64,000 nucleotides of DNA from Nitrospirota bacterium (lineage in GTDB: Bacteria; Nitrospirota; Thermodesulfovibrionia; Thermodesulfovibrionales; Dissulfurispiraceae). The first letter of the stretch is position 1; each line of letters opens with the position of its first letter. The stretch covers positions 1 to 64,000 of the forward strand of contig JBFMCP010000014.1 of assembly GCA_040754455.1 (NCBI GenBank), written 5' to 3'. Below are positions 18,262 through 27,884 of this stretch, one piece after another. Under the pieces are notes generated by a model, which was not told the origin of the DNA, made no database searches, and saw only the letters and a program-made list of their open reading frames with translations. The position numbers and the translations under genes were made by a program.

Positions 18262-19275
18262 GTGAAGCAGTATTACAATTTTTACACCGATGCCCGTCTG
18301 CGTATCAACGTGTGGGAGGACCCTATCGCCAAGCTGACAGGAAAGCCTTCGTATACGGTGTTGGGCAAGAAATACTACGAGGTGCTCCCAAGGATATTCG
18401 CCCGCAACAGGGATGCCCTTTCCGCGGCTCTGGAACAGCAGCGGCGTATTGCACTCAGGCGGTATGGATTCCATTGTCTGCACGGGCGAATTGAGGCCGA
18501 TATCACCATACGACCTCTGAAAGACCGGGAGGGAAAGATACGAAAGATCAAAGTCGCCGTAGCCCCTTATACAACCTGCCACATGGCTGAAAAGTTCCAG
18601 AATTTGCAGCAGCTTATCGATATCGGCAAGAGTGCGTCCACGCTCGCTCACGGCGTACGGAACCCCCTGAATGCAATAAAGGGAGCAGTGGTCTATCTGC
18701 GGCAAAAGTACGGGCATGAACAGACATTGAACGAATTTACCAAAATCATGGAGGATGAGATTCTGAAACTGGACACGTTCATATCGAAATTTCTCAGTGC
18801 TTCGGGTGCGGACGCGGTGGTATCCGAGGTCGATATCAATGACATGATCAGGAAACTGGAGGTGTTCACCTCCCTGCAGGCCCGGGCCCACCGTATCACA
18901 ACGACGTATGCCTTTGGCGATGTGCCTCCCCTGACGATCAGTCCCTTTCAGTTCGAACAGGCAATGCTGAATATTATCAACAATGCAATGGAAGCCATGC
19001 CGTGCGGGGGCACGCTTGCGATAGCGACCCGCACCGAACGGAGGTTCGGCATCGATTTCGCCGTCATCGAGATTTCGGATACAGGACCGGGGATAGCCGA
19101 AAGCAGAATAGGCGCAGACCTTTCTCCTTCGGGGGAACAGGGCAGGGGGTTCGGGATGTTCATCGCCCGTGAAATTCTCCGTTACTACAACGGCCATCTC
19201 GAGATTCTGAGCAAAAAAGATACGGGGACCACTGTACGGCTCTATCTTCCTATAATGCGTGAGGGGGCACTATGA
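18262..19275 (+). CDS. Soluble sensor histidine kinase (PAS-like, HisKA, HATPase_c)
   Basis: H-box LAHGVRNPL, N-box NIINNAMEA, G1 ISDTGPGI, G2 GRGFGM. No TM segment. GTG start after GGGGGA. Confidence 0.85.
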   Translation: MKQYYNFYTDARLRINVWEDPIAKLTGKPSYTVLGKKYYEVLPRIFARNRDALSAALEQQRRIALRRYGFHCLHGRIEADITIRPLKDREGKIRKIKVAVAPYTTCHMAEKFQNLQQLIDIGKSASTLAHGVRNPLNAIKGAVVYLRQKYGHEQTLNEFTKIMEDEILKLDTFISKFLSASGADAVVSEVDINDMIRKLEVFTSLQARAHRITTTYAFGDVPPLTISPFQFEQAMLNIINNAMEAMPCGGTLAIATRTERRFGIDFAVIEISDTGPGIAESRIGADLSPSGEQGRGFGMFIAREILRYYNGHLEILSKKDTGTTVRLYLPIMREGAL

Positions 19276-20630
19276 ATGGAAGCGCTAAGAAACAGAGAAG
19301 AGTACTTATTGTTGATGATGATCCTAATGCCCTCAGGGTGTTAGGGGCAATACTCGCCGAAGAGGGATATACCGTGCTAGAGGCACGGGAGGTCGACAGC
19401 GCGATTGCGGTGATCGACCAGGAGCATATCGACAGCATCATTACCGACCTTAAAATGCCGGGCAGGGACGGCGTTCACCTGTTCGAATATGTAACTGAGC
19501 ATCATGCCGACCTGCCGGTGATTTTCCTCACTGCCTACGGGACTATCGAATCGGCGGTGAGCGCCATCACGGAGGGAGCATTCTACTACTTTATCAAGCC
19601 GCCTGATTATCTCAAGTTGAAAAGCATTCTCGCCAAAGCCGTGGAGCAGCGCCGCCTGAAACGTGAGCTCGAGGCGCTCCGCAACAAGCTCTCTGCCGAG
19701 AATAATCCTTACCGCATCATCAGCAAGACTCCGGTCATGCTGAAAATCCTCGAAACCGTCGAGGCGATCAAGGATTCGGCGAGCAGCGTGCTCGTCTGCG
19801 GCGAGACCGGTACCGGCAAAGAGCTGATATCGAGGATGCTGCACTACAGCAGTGCGCGGAGGGATCATCCCTTCATCGCAGTGAACTGCGCGGCGATCCC
19901 GAAGGAGCTCATCGAATCGGAACTCTTCGGGTGCGAGCGGGGGGCGTTCACTGGGGCGGTCGCGAGAAGGATCGGCAAGTTCGAGGAGGCATCGGGAGGG
20001 TCGCTCTTCCTCGATGAGATCGGGGAGCTCGAGCTCTCGCTCCAGGCAAAACTCCTCAGAGTGCTTCAGGAGAGAGAGATCGAACGTCTTGGCAGCAACA
20101 AGAAGATCAAAGTCGACTTCAGACTTATCTGTTCCACCAACCGTGACCTCAGGAAGGAGGTCCAGGCCGGCAGGTTCAGGGAGGACCTTTTCTACCGGAT
20201 CAACGTGGTGCAGCTCAATGTGCCGCCGCTCAGGGAGCGAAAGGACGATATCCCGCTGCTTGTTGCCGAGTTCACGGACGAGTTCTGTCTCAGGGAGGGC
20301 AAGGTGCTCAGCGTTTCCGACGAGGTGATGCGCATCTTCGAAAGCTATTCCTGGCCGGGAAACATCAGGCAGATCAAAAATGTCATCGAGCGTGCGGTGG
20401 TGCTGGCGAAGAACGAACGAATAACGCCCCGCGAACTTCCTGAGGAGTTCCTTTCGTACCGGCGCGGCGTGGAGGTGATCAGCTCGCTGAAGACACTCAA
20501 ACAGCTGGAGGTGCATGCAGTGAAGGACGCGCTCCACCGCTGCAACGGGAACAAATCAAGGGCGGCCCGCGTCCTCGGCATATCGAGAAAGGCGTTTTAC
20601 AAGCGGCTCAAGGAGTGCCAGCTCTCATGA
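19272..20630 (+). CDS. sigma54-dependent response regulator (NtrC family: REC, AAA+, HTH)
   Basis: Motifs LIVDDD, ITDLKMP, GETGTGKE, ESELFG..GAFTGA, FLDEIGE, FREDLFYR, WPGNIR and a Fis-type HTH. Confidence 0.95.
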   Translation: MNGSAKKQRRVLIVDDDPNALRVLGAILAEEGYTVLEAREVDSAIAVIDQEHIDSIITDLKMPGRDGVHLFEYVTEHHADLPVIFLTAYGTIESAVSAITEGAFYYFIKPPDYLKLKSILAKAVEQRRLKRELEALRNKLSAENNPYRIISKTPVMLKILETVEAIKDSASSVLVCGETGTGKELISRMLHYSSARRDHPFIAVNCAAIPKELIESELFGCERGAFTGAVARRIGKFEEASGGSLFLDEIGELELSLQAKLLRVLQEREIERLGSNKKIKVDFRLICSTNRDLRKEVQAGRFREDLFYRINVVQLNVPPLRERKDDIPLLVAEFTDEFCLREGKVLSVSDEVMRIFESYSWPGNIRQIKNVIERAVVLAKNERITPRELPEEFLSYRRGVEVISSLKTLKQLEVHAVKDALHRCNGNKSRAARVLGISRKAFYKRLKECQLS

Positions 20631-20631
20631 G

Positions 20632-20763
20632 TGTATCCAAAGGAAACAGCAGTATGCCTGAAGGGCACAGATTTCCAGGGCTTATAACGATTGTTTCCAA
20701 AGGAAACAGTTCTTTATAGTTGGATTTCAACATGCTTTAATCCTGTTGTTTCCGTTGGATACA
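20632..20763. promoter_or_regulatory. Three to four 17-bp palindromes TGT(A/T)TCC-N3-GGA(A/T)ACA, candidate enhancer (UAS) sites
   Basis: TGTATCCAAAGGAAACA (20632-48), TATGCCTGAAGGGCACA (20653-69, degenerate), TGTTTCCAAAGGAAACA (20692-708), TGTTTCCGTTGGATACA (20747-63). Confidence 0.7.
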
Positions 20764-20859
20764 ATGCAGCGCCAGGACAGGTACCGTATCCATACATCAG
20801 CTCTGCATTACCCCTTTCAAATGAAGCATCTGTTGGAAAAATTAAAGATCGATTGAAGC

Positions 20860-20875
20860 GGGCATCGTTCTTGCT
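20860..20875 (+). promoter_or_regulatory. Candidate sigma54 promoter for the PEP-CTERM/EPS operon
   Basis: GGGCATCGTTCTTGCT has GG-N10-GC spacing and lies about 100-230 bp downstream of the palindromes. Confidence 0.65.
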
Positions 20876-20890
20876 TTTTGGATTATACCT

Positions 20891-21271
20891 ATGCAGGAAA
20901 AGAAAATATTGATCATCGATGAAGCGGGCTTCTCCCGGATCTGCTCTGCTATTCTCGAATTCGAGGGGTATACCATACAGACGGCCTCCGATCTCGACAG
21001 TGCAGCGATGCCGTTCAGCAGCCATGAGTTCGGGCTCATCATTACGAGCTATCCCTACGGCGTGTGCTGTTTCGATGCAATAAAGCAGAAGAACATTTCG
21101 ACCATTATCCTTTCCGACCATATCAACGGAGAGCTCATCAATATCCTTGAGGGATTCAACCATTCGTACTGCATGATAAAGCCACTCGACTACCAGAAGT
21201 TCCGCGTCCTGGTAAAGCAGGTGATGAGCGGCGATCTGAGCACCATTCACGGGGGATACAATATTGTGTAA
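20891..21271 (+). CDS. Stand-alone atypical receiver-domain protein
   Basis: Receiver fold pattern (KKILIIDE, LEFEGY, IILS, MIKPLD), but LIITS where the phospho-Asp is expected. Confidence 0.7.
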   Translation: MQEKKILIIDEAGFSRICSAILEFEGYTIQTASDLDSAAMPFSSHEFGLIITSYPYGVCCFDAIKQKNISTIILSDHINGELINILEGFNHSYCMIKPLDYQKFRVLVKQVMSGDLSTIHGGYNIV

Positions 21272-24050
21272 TGCCCGCCCGATCATCATTGCGGTGCTTA
21301 TCATGCTCGCCGCGTTTTCTGCAGGGTGCACCGACAGAGGGAGCACAAAAGAGGATCTGCTCGCCGAAGGAATGCGCTTGATGCAGGAGGGCAACTCCGG
21401 AGGCGCCGTCGTCCTCTTCAAAAACGCTCTCGAAATGGACCAGAACTTTTTCGAGGCGCGGTTCCAGCTCGCAAAGGCGTACTACCAGTCCGGGAATTTC
21501 GATGCGGCGGAAAAGGAACTGCAGAAGGTGGTCCGGCAGAATCCCTCTCTCAAAGAGGCGCACATCGAGCTTGCACGGGTATACCTCCAGAAGTCCAGGC
21601 CCGACGACGCCTTGAGCGAGGTCGCCGCACTGACCGGCACTCCTCCCTGTCATCTCGATGCCCTTGAGCTCAGCGGATGGGCGCATGCCCTTAAGGGAAA
21701 CCACGATACTGCCGTGAGTATGCTTAATCAGGTGATCGCTGCCGACCCGGGGAGAGTTACGGCGGTGATTACGCTCGCGCGTATCTATCTCAGGAAAGGG
21801 CAGAAGCATGAAGCGAAGGCCTACATTGACGAGGTCCTGAAGAACGACCCGTCTCACATGAATGCACTGTTCCTGCGCGCCGAGCTGCAGTCGAAGGAGC
21901 ACGACATCGACGGTGCGCTGAAAACCTATGATCAGATCATCGTCAAGCATCCTGCTGCGGTGGAGGCCCATTTCAAGAAGGGCCTGCTCCTTATTGAAAA
22001 GAGGCGCTATGATGAGGCCCTCGCCATCGGTACTGCGCTGCTTGCCCAGTTCCCCAGGAGCGCTCTGGGCTATGAGCTCAAAGGAATGGCGCTCTTCTAT
22101 AAAAAGGATTTCAACGAATCGATTATCGCGCTCCAAAAATCGCTCGCCATTATGCCCAGCACCGGCGGCTACTATTTTCTGGGGCTTAGTCACTACTACA
22201 AAGATGAATTCGAGCAGGCGACCAACCAGCTGCAACGGGCCCTCGATTTGAACCCCTCCTTTATACAGGCAAGGATTCTCCTTTCTCTCATCTTTCTGCA
22301 GCAGAAGAGGACGGATGACGCCATCAACGAGGTCAAGAAAGTCATCGAGATCAGCCGGGAGAATGCTTTTGCCTACAATGTGCTCGGCAGTGCGTATATG
22401 GCGCAGGGAAAGTACGAAGAGGGTATGGAGGCGTTCGACAGGGCGATTGCCATTAACCCCAAACTCGCCGAGGCCCATATCAAAAAGGGTCTCTATAATT
22501 TCAGTAAGGGACGGTATGGAGATGCGGAGTCGGAATTGAGGGCAGCGGTGCAGGTCAAACCCGAGGTGCTCAATCCCCGGCTTGTCCTCGCTTCTTATTA
22601 TATGAAAAGGAAGGAGCACGGACGAGCGATAAAGACTCTGAAAGAGGGGCTGAACGGCGGCGCTCTCGACGCGGTGCTTTACAACTACATTGCCGCAGCC
22701 ATGCTCGCCGAAAAGAAGCAAACCGAAGCCCTTGCCTATTTCCGCAAATCGAAAGAGACCGACCCCTGGTATTTTGCACCTTACCTCAACAGTGCCGCCG
22801 TCCACCTGTCCAGAGGCGACTACGAGAAAGCCGCTGATGAGTACAAGGCGGTCATCAGCAGGGACCCCGGCAATCTCAAGGCACTGACCGGGCTCGGTGC
22901 GCTCTATGAGGCACAGGGCAACGACCAGCAGGCCCTCGCCTATTATAAAAAGGCCAAGGAGACAAAAGCCGCTGCCGGGTTCATAGCGCTTGCACAGTAC
23001 TATAGAAAGAGAAATGTCGAGAGGGCGCTGGCAACCCTCGATGAAGCACTGCGGGCGCATCCCCGCTGCGATGAGGCGCTCGTGCTCAAAGGGAAGTGCT
23101 ATCTGGATGGACGGCGGTACAGGGAAGCGATCGAGACGTTTGAGCGGCTCGAAATGCTTGATCCCGACAGGGCGCTTCCGCTGCTCGTCGATACATTCAT
23201 TCTGACGCGTGATTATGAAGCAGCCCTGAAGAGGATCGAATCACGGCGTGCCGCCGCTCCTGCACGGATCGACCTGATGGCCGAGACTGCACGTGTATAT
23301 ATGCTGAAGGGCAGCACGCAGAAGGCGGTCGAGACGGCCGGCATGATCATCAAAGAGAGGCCCCGCTCTGCTTTCGGCTACCTGACGCTCGCCTCAATTT
23401 ACGAGCATCAGAAGGCGTGGGAACGGGCCATAGATGAGGTCAGGAAAGGATTAGCAGCGGAAAAAAACAGCTTGCCGGCACTGATGAAGCTTGCCGACCT
23501 CTATGCGAAAAAGGGCGACTATGGCCGGGCCTTGGATGCATATGACACGGTGATCAAGGCATATCCCGGGAACACCGCTGCTCTGTTCGCCCAAGGTACG
23601 GTCTTCATGCTCGCCGGCAAAAAGAAGGAGGCGGTGAAGCGTTACCGGCAGGTTCTCGACCATGCGGAAGACCACGTCCCCGCCTTGAACAATCTCGCCT
23701 GTCTGTATCTCGAGGGATACGGGAGTCGGGATGAGGCGTTGAGGCTCGCCGAAAGGGCCTACCGGCTCGCCCCCGGAAACGCGGAGGTGATGGATACCTT
23801 CGGCTACCTCCTGCTCAAGAAAGAGCGGACCGATGAGGCGCGAAGGATACTCGAGAGAGCGGCCGCTGCCCGTCCTGACAGTCCGGTCATTCATTACCAC
23901 CTCGCACTTGCCTGTAACCTCGAGGGGGACCGGTCAAAGACAGTGGAACATCTGCAGAAGGCGATCGGCCTTGGTAATTTCTCGGAGGTGCAGGAGGCAC
24001 GGGTGCTCCTGGCTTCCATCAAGGGGGCCAGCGGAATCGGAATACGATGA
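21264..24050 (+). CDS. prsT: XrtA/PEP-CTERM system TPR-repeat lipoprotein (PrsT-like)
   Basis: Lipobox FSAGC. Continuous TPR repeats. C-terminal ALNNLA...DTFGY..L motif. Locus context fits. Confidence 0.85.
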   Translation: MCNARPIIIAVLIMLAAFSAGCTDRGSTKEDLLAEGMRLMQEGNSGGAVVLFKNALEMDQNFFEARFQLAKAYYQSGNFDAAEKELQKVVRQNPSLKEAHIELARVYLQKSRPDDALSEVAALTGTPPCHLDALELSGWAHALKGNHDTAVSMLNQVIAADPGRVTAVITLARIYLRKGQKHEAKAYIDEVLKNDPSHMNALFLRAELQSKEHDIDGALKTYDQIIVKHPAAVEAHFKKGLLLIEKRRYDEALAIGTALLAQFPRSALGYELKGMALFYKKDFNESIIALQKSLAIMPSTGGYYFLGLSHYYKDEFEQATNQLQRALDLNPSFIQARILLSLIFLQQKRTDDAINEVKKVIEISRENAFAYNVLGSAYMAQGKYEEGMEAFDRAIAINPKLAEAHIKKGLYNFSKGRYGDAESELRAAVQVKPEVLNPRLVLASYYMKRKEHGRAIKTLKEGLNGGALDAVLYNYIAAAMLAEKKQTEALAYFRKSKETDPWYFAPYLNSAAVHLSRGDYEKAADEYKAVISRDPGNLKALTGLGALYEAQGNDQQALAYYKKAKETKAAAGFIALAQYYRKRNVERALATLDEALRAHPRCDEALVLKGKCYLDGRRYREAIETFERLEMLDPDRALPLLVDTFILTRDYEAALKRIESRRAAAPARIDLMAETARVYMLKGSTQKAVETAGMIIKERPRSAFGYLTLASIYEHQKAWERAIDEVRKGLAAEKNSLPALMKLADLYAKKGDYGRALDAYDTVIKAYPGNTAALFAQGTVFMLAGKKKEAVKRYRQVLDHAEDHVPALNNLACLYLEGYGSRDEALRLAERAYRLAPGNAEVMDTFGYLLLKKERTDEARRILERAAAARPDSPVIHYHLALACNLEGDRSKTVEHLQKAIGLGNFSEVQEARVLLASIKGASGIGIR

Positions 24051-25414
24051 ATGCAAAACTCCCCATAGCAGTGCTTCTTGGCGGTGATATCCTGTTTTCC
24101 GTAACAGCGGTCTGCGCGGGCATGGTGGTGCGGTACGGGCAGATATCGGTGCTGAAGACCTTGGTGCTGTCCGACGGCGTGCGCCTGTTGCTCTTCGCCC
24201 TCGTTACGGTATTTTCTTCGTATTTCGTAGAACTGTACAATCACGAGAAAAACATAGGGAAGCGTGAGATATTCATCCGTACCGGCATTGCACTGGCAAT
24301 TTCCTTTTTCCTGCTCTCCTCGCTCTACTATCTCATCCCTTCGGTAATGTTCGGCAGGGCGGTGCTCGTGCTTTCGCTCATCCTTTTCGGCGTGCTCCAA
24401 TTCGCATGGCGCTCCCACTACCGGACATTCATTAATCTGCCGGGCCTTGCACGGCGGGTGCTCATTCTCGGCACCGGCCCCCTCGCACAGCAGATCGGGG
24501 GGATTCTCTCCTCCTCCGGCCATAATTATGTATTGACCGGTTATGTCAATTGCGCCAGCGAGCCGGTCTACGTCCCTCCCAACGCGATCGTGGGCAACGG
24601 CGAGGGACTCGCGGAGACGGCAAAAAAAGAGCGGGCGCATAAAATCATCATTTCACTCTCCGAGCGCAGGGAAGTCTTTCCTTTCAGAGACGTGCTCAAT
24701 TGCAAATTTAACGGTATCGAGGTGGTCGACGCCCCCTCATTTTATGAACAGATGACCGGGAAGCTGCTCATAGAGAATATCGTGCCGAGCTGGTTTATCT
24801 TTTCGAGCGGCTTCAGAATCACTTCGTACATACGCGTTTCCAAACGACTCTTCGATATCGCGTTTTCCATTATCGGATTGCTTGTTGCGGTGCCGCTCTT
24901 TCCGATGATCGCCCTGATGATAAAGCTCGACTCGAAGGGGCCCGTTCTCTTTAGGCAACTGCGGGTCGGGCAGGGGGAGCGTGATTTCGTGCTCTATAAG
25001 TTCAGGACGATGCGGCGGGATGCGGAGCGGGCCACCGGCGCGGTCTGGGCACAGGAGAATGATCCGAGAGTTACCGGAATAGGGAGATTTCTGAGAAAAT
25101 CGAGGCTGGACGAGCTCCCGCAACTCTACAATGTCCTGCGGGGAGACATGGCGTTCGTCGGTCCGCGTCCCGAGCGTCCGGAGTTCGTCGCTCAGCTGAA
25201 GCGGATCATTCCCTACTATTCCGAGCGGCACTCGGTCAAACCGGGAGTCACCGGATGGGCGCAGGTCAAATACCCCTATGGCGCCTCGGTGGAGGATGCG
25301 ATCGAAAAACTGCGCTATGACCTGTTCTATATAAAAAACATTTCTCTTTTCCTCGACATTGCGATCATTTTTGAAACCGTGAAGGTGGTCCTTTTCGGTC
25401 GGGGAGGAAGATAG
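24047..25414 (+). CDS. Priming polyprenyl-phosphate sugar transferase, PEP-CTERM system associated
   Basis: N-terminal TM segments, then KRLFDI, KFRTM, DPRVT.IGRFLRK.RLDELPQ, VGPRPERP, KPGVTGWAQV. Confidence 0.92.
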   Translation: MNAKLPIAVLLGGDILFSVTAVCAGMVVRYGQISVLKTLVLSDGVRLLLFALVTVFSSYFVELYNHEKNIGKREIFIRTGIALAISFFLLSSLYYLIPSVMFGRAVLVLSLILFGVLQFAWRSHYRTFINLPGLARRVLILGTGPLAQQIGGILSSSGHNYVLTGYVNCASEPVYVPPNAIVGNGEGLAETAKKERAHKIIISLSERREVFPFRDVLNCKFNGIEVVDAPSFYEQMTGKLLIENIVPSWFIFSSGFRITSYIRVSKRLFDIAFSIIGLLVAVPLFPMIALMIKLDSKGPVLFRQLRVGQGERDFVLYKFRTMRRDAERATGAVWAQENDPRVTGIGRFLRKSRLDELPQLYNVLRGDMAFVGPRPERPEFVAQLKRIIPYYSERHSVKPGVTGWAQVKYPYGASVEDAIEKLRYDLFYIKNISLFLDIAIIFETVKVVLFGRGGR

Positions 25415-25425
25415 GAGGAGGACAG

Positions 25426-26235
25426 ATGAAGATGAAACCCATGCTTGTTGCATTGCTTGCGCTGATAATGGTTCCCCTTGCTGCATACGGAGGAGATTAT
25501 GTGATCGGCGACGGCGATACGCTGATGATCTCGGTCTGGGGAGTGAAGGAGCTGACCCTCTCGGTAAAGGTGCGTCCCGACGGGAAGGTGACACTCCCGG
25601 CGCTCGGCGATGTCGTTGCCACGGGGTTTACCCCGACCGAGCTGCAGGCGGCACTCACCGAAAAGCTGAAGAGTCTCGTGAGGAATCCGATCGTCACCGT
25701 GATTGTTGAAGGAATAACCAACAGCAAGGTGTATGTCTTCGGGGGGGGAGTAAAGCCGGGCGTCTACGAACTCACGAGAAGGACATCGCTCCTGCAGCTC
25801 CTCTGCACTATTGGCGACATCAAGGTTGCCGACCTCAGAAGAGCCTATGTGCTCAGGAACGGAGCGAAGGTGAAAGAGGATTTCACCAAGCTCTTCGTGG
25901 ACGGCGATGTTACCGAAGATATCACTATCGAGACGAATGACGTCATCTTCATTCCGGCCTACCTTGAGCGGAATATCTATGTTGCCGGCGCCGTCAACAG
26001 TCCGCGGTTTATCGAGCACCGGGACGGTCTGACGATCATGGACGCCATACTCGAAGCTGGCTGGTTCACGAAGTTCGCAAAGGAGAACGATGTGATCATT
26101 TTCAGGAAGGAGGGCAAGGGCGGCACCACTTCCATTCCCGTGAAGGTAAGGGACCTTGTACGGGACGGTGATCTGAGCCAGAACATAAAACTCAAGCCCG
26201 GCGATTACATAATCGTCAAAGAGGGTATTTTCTAG
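25426..26235 (+). CDS. Polysaccharide export protein (short OPX: Poly_export + SLBB domains)
   Basis: Motifs YVIGDGD.L.I, VRPDGKVTLP, GFTPTEL and two SLBB-like repeats. No lipobox Cys. Ends KEGIF. Confidence 0.88.
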   Translation: MKMKPMLVALLALIMVPLAAYGGDYVIGDGDTLMISVWGVKELTLSVKVRPDGKVTLPALGDVVATGFTPTELQAALTEKLKSLVRNPIVTVIVEGITNSKVYVFGGGVKPGVYELTRRTSLLQLLCTIGDIKVADLRRAYVLRNGAKVKEDFTKLFVDGDVTEDITIETNDVIFIPAYLERNIYVAGAVNSPRFIEHRDGLTIMDAILEAGWFTKFAKENDVIIFRKEGKGGTTSIPVKVRDLVRDGDLSQNIKLKPGDYIIVKEGIF

Positions 26236-26249
26236 CAGGAGGTACATAC

Positions 26250-27869
26250 GTGGAACCGTCGGAATTCGACATAAAGAAATACCTGAAGCTCATCGACAAG
26301 AAGAAGCGTCTGTTTATCGGTGCTGCCTTGGCGATTATGACGGCGGTCACCTTGGTCAGCTACCTGCTGCCCAAACAGTACGAGGCGACATCGACGGTCT
26401 TCATCGAGCGGAACGTCATCGATAGTCTCGTCAAGGGGCTTGCGATAACGCCGTCCATGGAGGACCGGATCAAGGTGCTGGCCTACACCATGGGGAGCAG
26501 GAACCTCCTCCTCAAGGTCATCGATGACCTCGGCCTCGGCGTCAACAAGGGCGACCAGGCTGCGGTGGACAAGCTCATCAGGGATTTCCAGAAGAACACC
26601 GAGATAACGATGAAGGACAAAAGCGACCTCTTCATCGTCGCCTACAAGAGCGGAGACCCGAAGCTGGCACGGGACTACGTCAATGCCCTGGTGCGGCGGT
26701 ACATTGAGGAGAACATAGCGGAGAAGAGGGAAGAGGCCTACGGGGCCAACCGCTTCCTCGCCGAGCAGATCAAGTTTTTCAAGGAAAAGCTAGACAAATC
26801 GGACGAGGAGATCATCAAATTCAGGAAAGAGAAAGGCATCTTTGTCGCCCTCGACGACCGGAAGATCGTGGAAGAGATCAAAGACGCGCAGCTCGAGCTC
26901 GACGAGATCAGGATCAAGAAAAGGGAGCTCGAAGGAAAGCGCACGATGATCCTGAAACAGATGAAAGAAGAGAAGCCCAATGCTGCAGGGCTGCTGGGCA
27001 AGGGCGGCAGCATCGATGACCGGCTGCTTGCGCTCCAGAAGAGGCTGGCCGACTTGCTGATGGTCTATACCCCCGGTTATCCCGAAGTGGTGAGGATCAA
27101 GTCGGAGATCGAAATGCTCAAGGGGCAGATAGCGGGAGGGAGCGCGAGCAGGGAGCTCCTGTCCGGTCTGGAGAGCGGAGAGACCGATGCTGATCTGTCC
27201 CTGCTGAACCCGCTCTACCAGCAGCTCAGGGAGGAACTTTCCAAGACGGGGCTTGAGCTTGCCGCACTCAACGCAAAGGAAGACCAGATCAGAAGGCTTG
27301 TGGAATCGAAGAAGACCTACCTGAAAAGTATGCCGGCGGAGAAGAAGACCCTCACCGATCTCGAGATGCAACGGGCGACCAACAAGAATATTTATGAAGA
27401 GCTCATCGGGAGGCTCGGCCAGTCGGAGGTCTCGCGCCAGATGGAGATACAGGACAAGAGCTCGACCTTCAGGATCGTCGATCCCGCTGTGCTGCCGCTC
27501 AAACCGGTGAGCCCGAACAGGATAAAGATCATCCTCATGGGCATTCTTGGCGGCCTGGCAGGCGGCTTCGGGCTCGTGGTACTGCTCGACTATATGGACC
27601 GGTCGGTCAGAACGGTCGACGTGCTCAAAAATATGGGACTCCCTGTCCTTGCGGTCATCCCGAGCATACAGAATCCCGATGAGCTGGAGGAGAAGAAACG
27701 CAGGGACATGCTGCTGTATAAATTCACCGGGGCGTACATGATGTGTATTCTGACGGTGTTCGTCATGGAACTCATGGGGCTTACCTATATTGATGATGCC
27801 ATCAGCACTATTGTCCATTTGCCGTCGTATCTTATGGACCTCAACGACGCTGTCAAACGTATCTTTTAA
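26250..27869 (+). CDS. Polysaccharide chain-length determinant (Wzc/GumC membrane and coiled-coil part)
   Basis: N-terminal TM, LPKQYEATSTVF, long coiled coil, FRIVDPAVLPLKPVSPN, TM, GLPVLAVIP. Confidence 0.88.
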   Translation: MEPSEFDIKKYLKLIDKKKRLFIGAALAIMTAVTLVSYLLPKQYEATSTVFIERNVIDSLVKGLAITPSMEDRIKVLAYTMGSRNLLLKVIDDLGLGVNKGDQAAVDKLIRDFQKNTEITMKDKSDLFIVAYKSGDPKLARDYVNALVRRYIEENIAEKREEAYGANRFLAEQIKFFKEKLDKSDEEIIKFRKEKGIFVALDDRKIVEEIKDAQLELDEIRIKKRELEGKRTMILKQMKEEKPNAAGLLGKGGSIDDRLLALQKRLADLLMVYTPGYPEVVRIKSEIEMLKGQIAGGSASRELLSGLESGETDADLSLLNPLYQQLREELSKTGLELAALNAKEDQIRRLVESKKTYLKSMPAEKKTLTDLEMQRATNKNIYEELIGRLGQSEVSRQMEIQDKSSTFRIVDPAVLPLKPVSPNRIKIILMGILGGLAGGFGLVVLLDYMDRSVRTVDVLKNMGLPVLAVIPSIQNPDELEEKKRRDMLLYKFTGAYMMCILTVFVMELMGLTYIDDAISTIVHLPSYLMDLNDAVKRIF

Positions 27870-27884
27870 GCGAGGAGAATCCCA

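Noticed and set aside
20632..20763. Repeated 17-mers as a mini CRISPR array
   Set aside because: Too short, irregularly spaced and no cas genes. Position fits transcription-factor sites. No CRISPR array was seen anywhere in the window.
21156..23060. 634-aa antisense ORF opposite prsT, and similar long antisense ORFs (19377-20537, 26790-27818, 33865-34917, 62238-63524)
   Set aside because: They lie fully opposite well-supported genes, show no recognisable motifs, and are the expected shadow of GC-rich codon bias.
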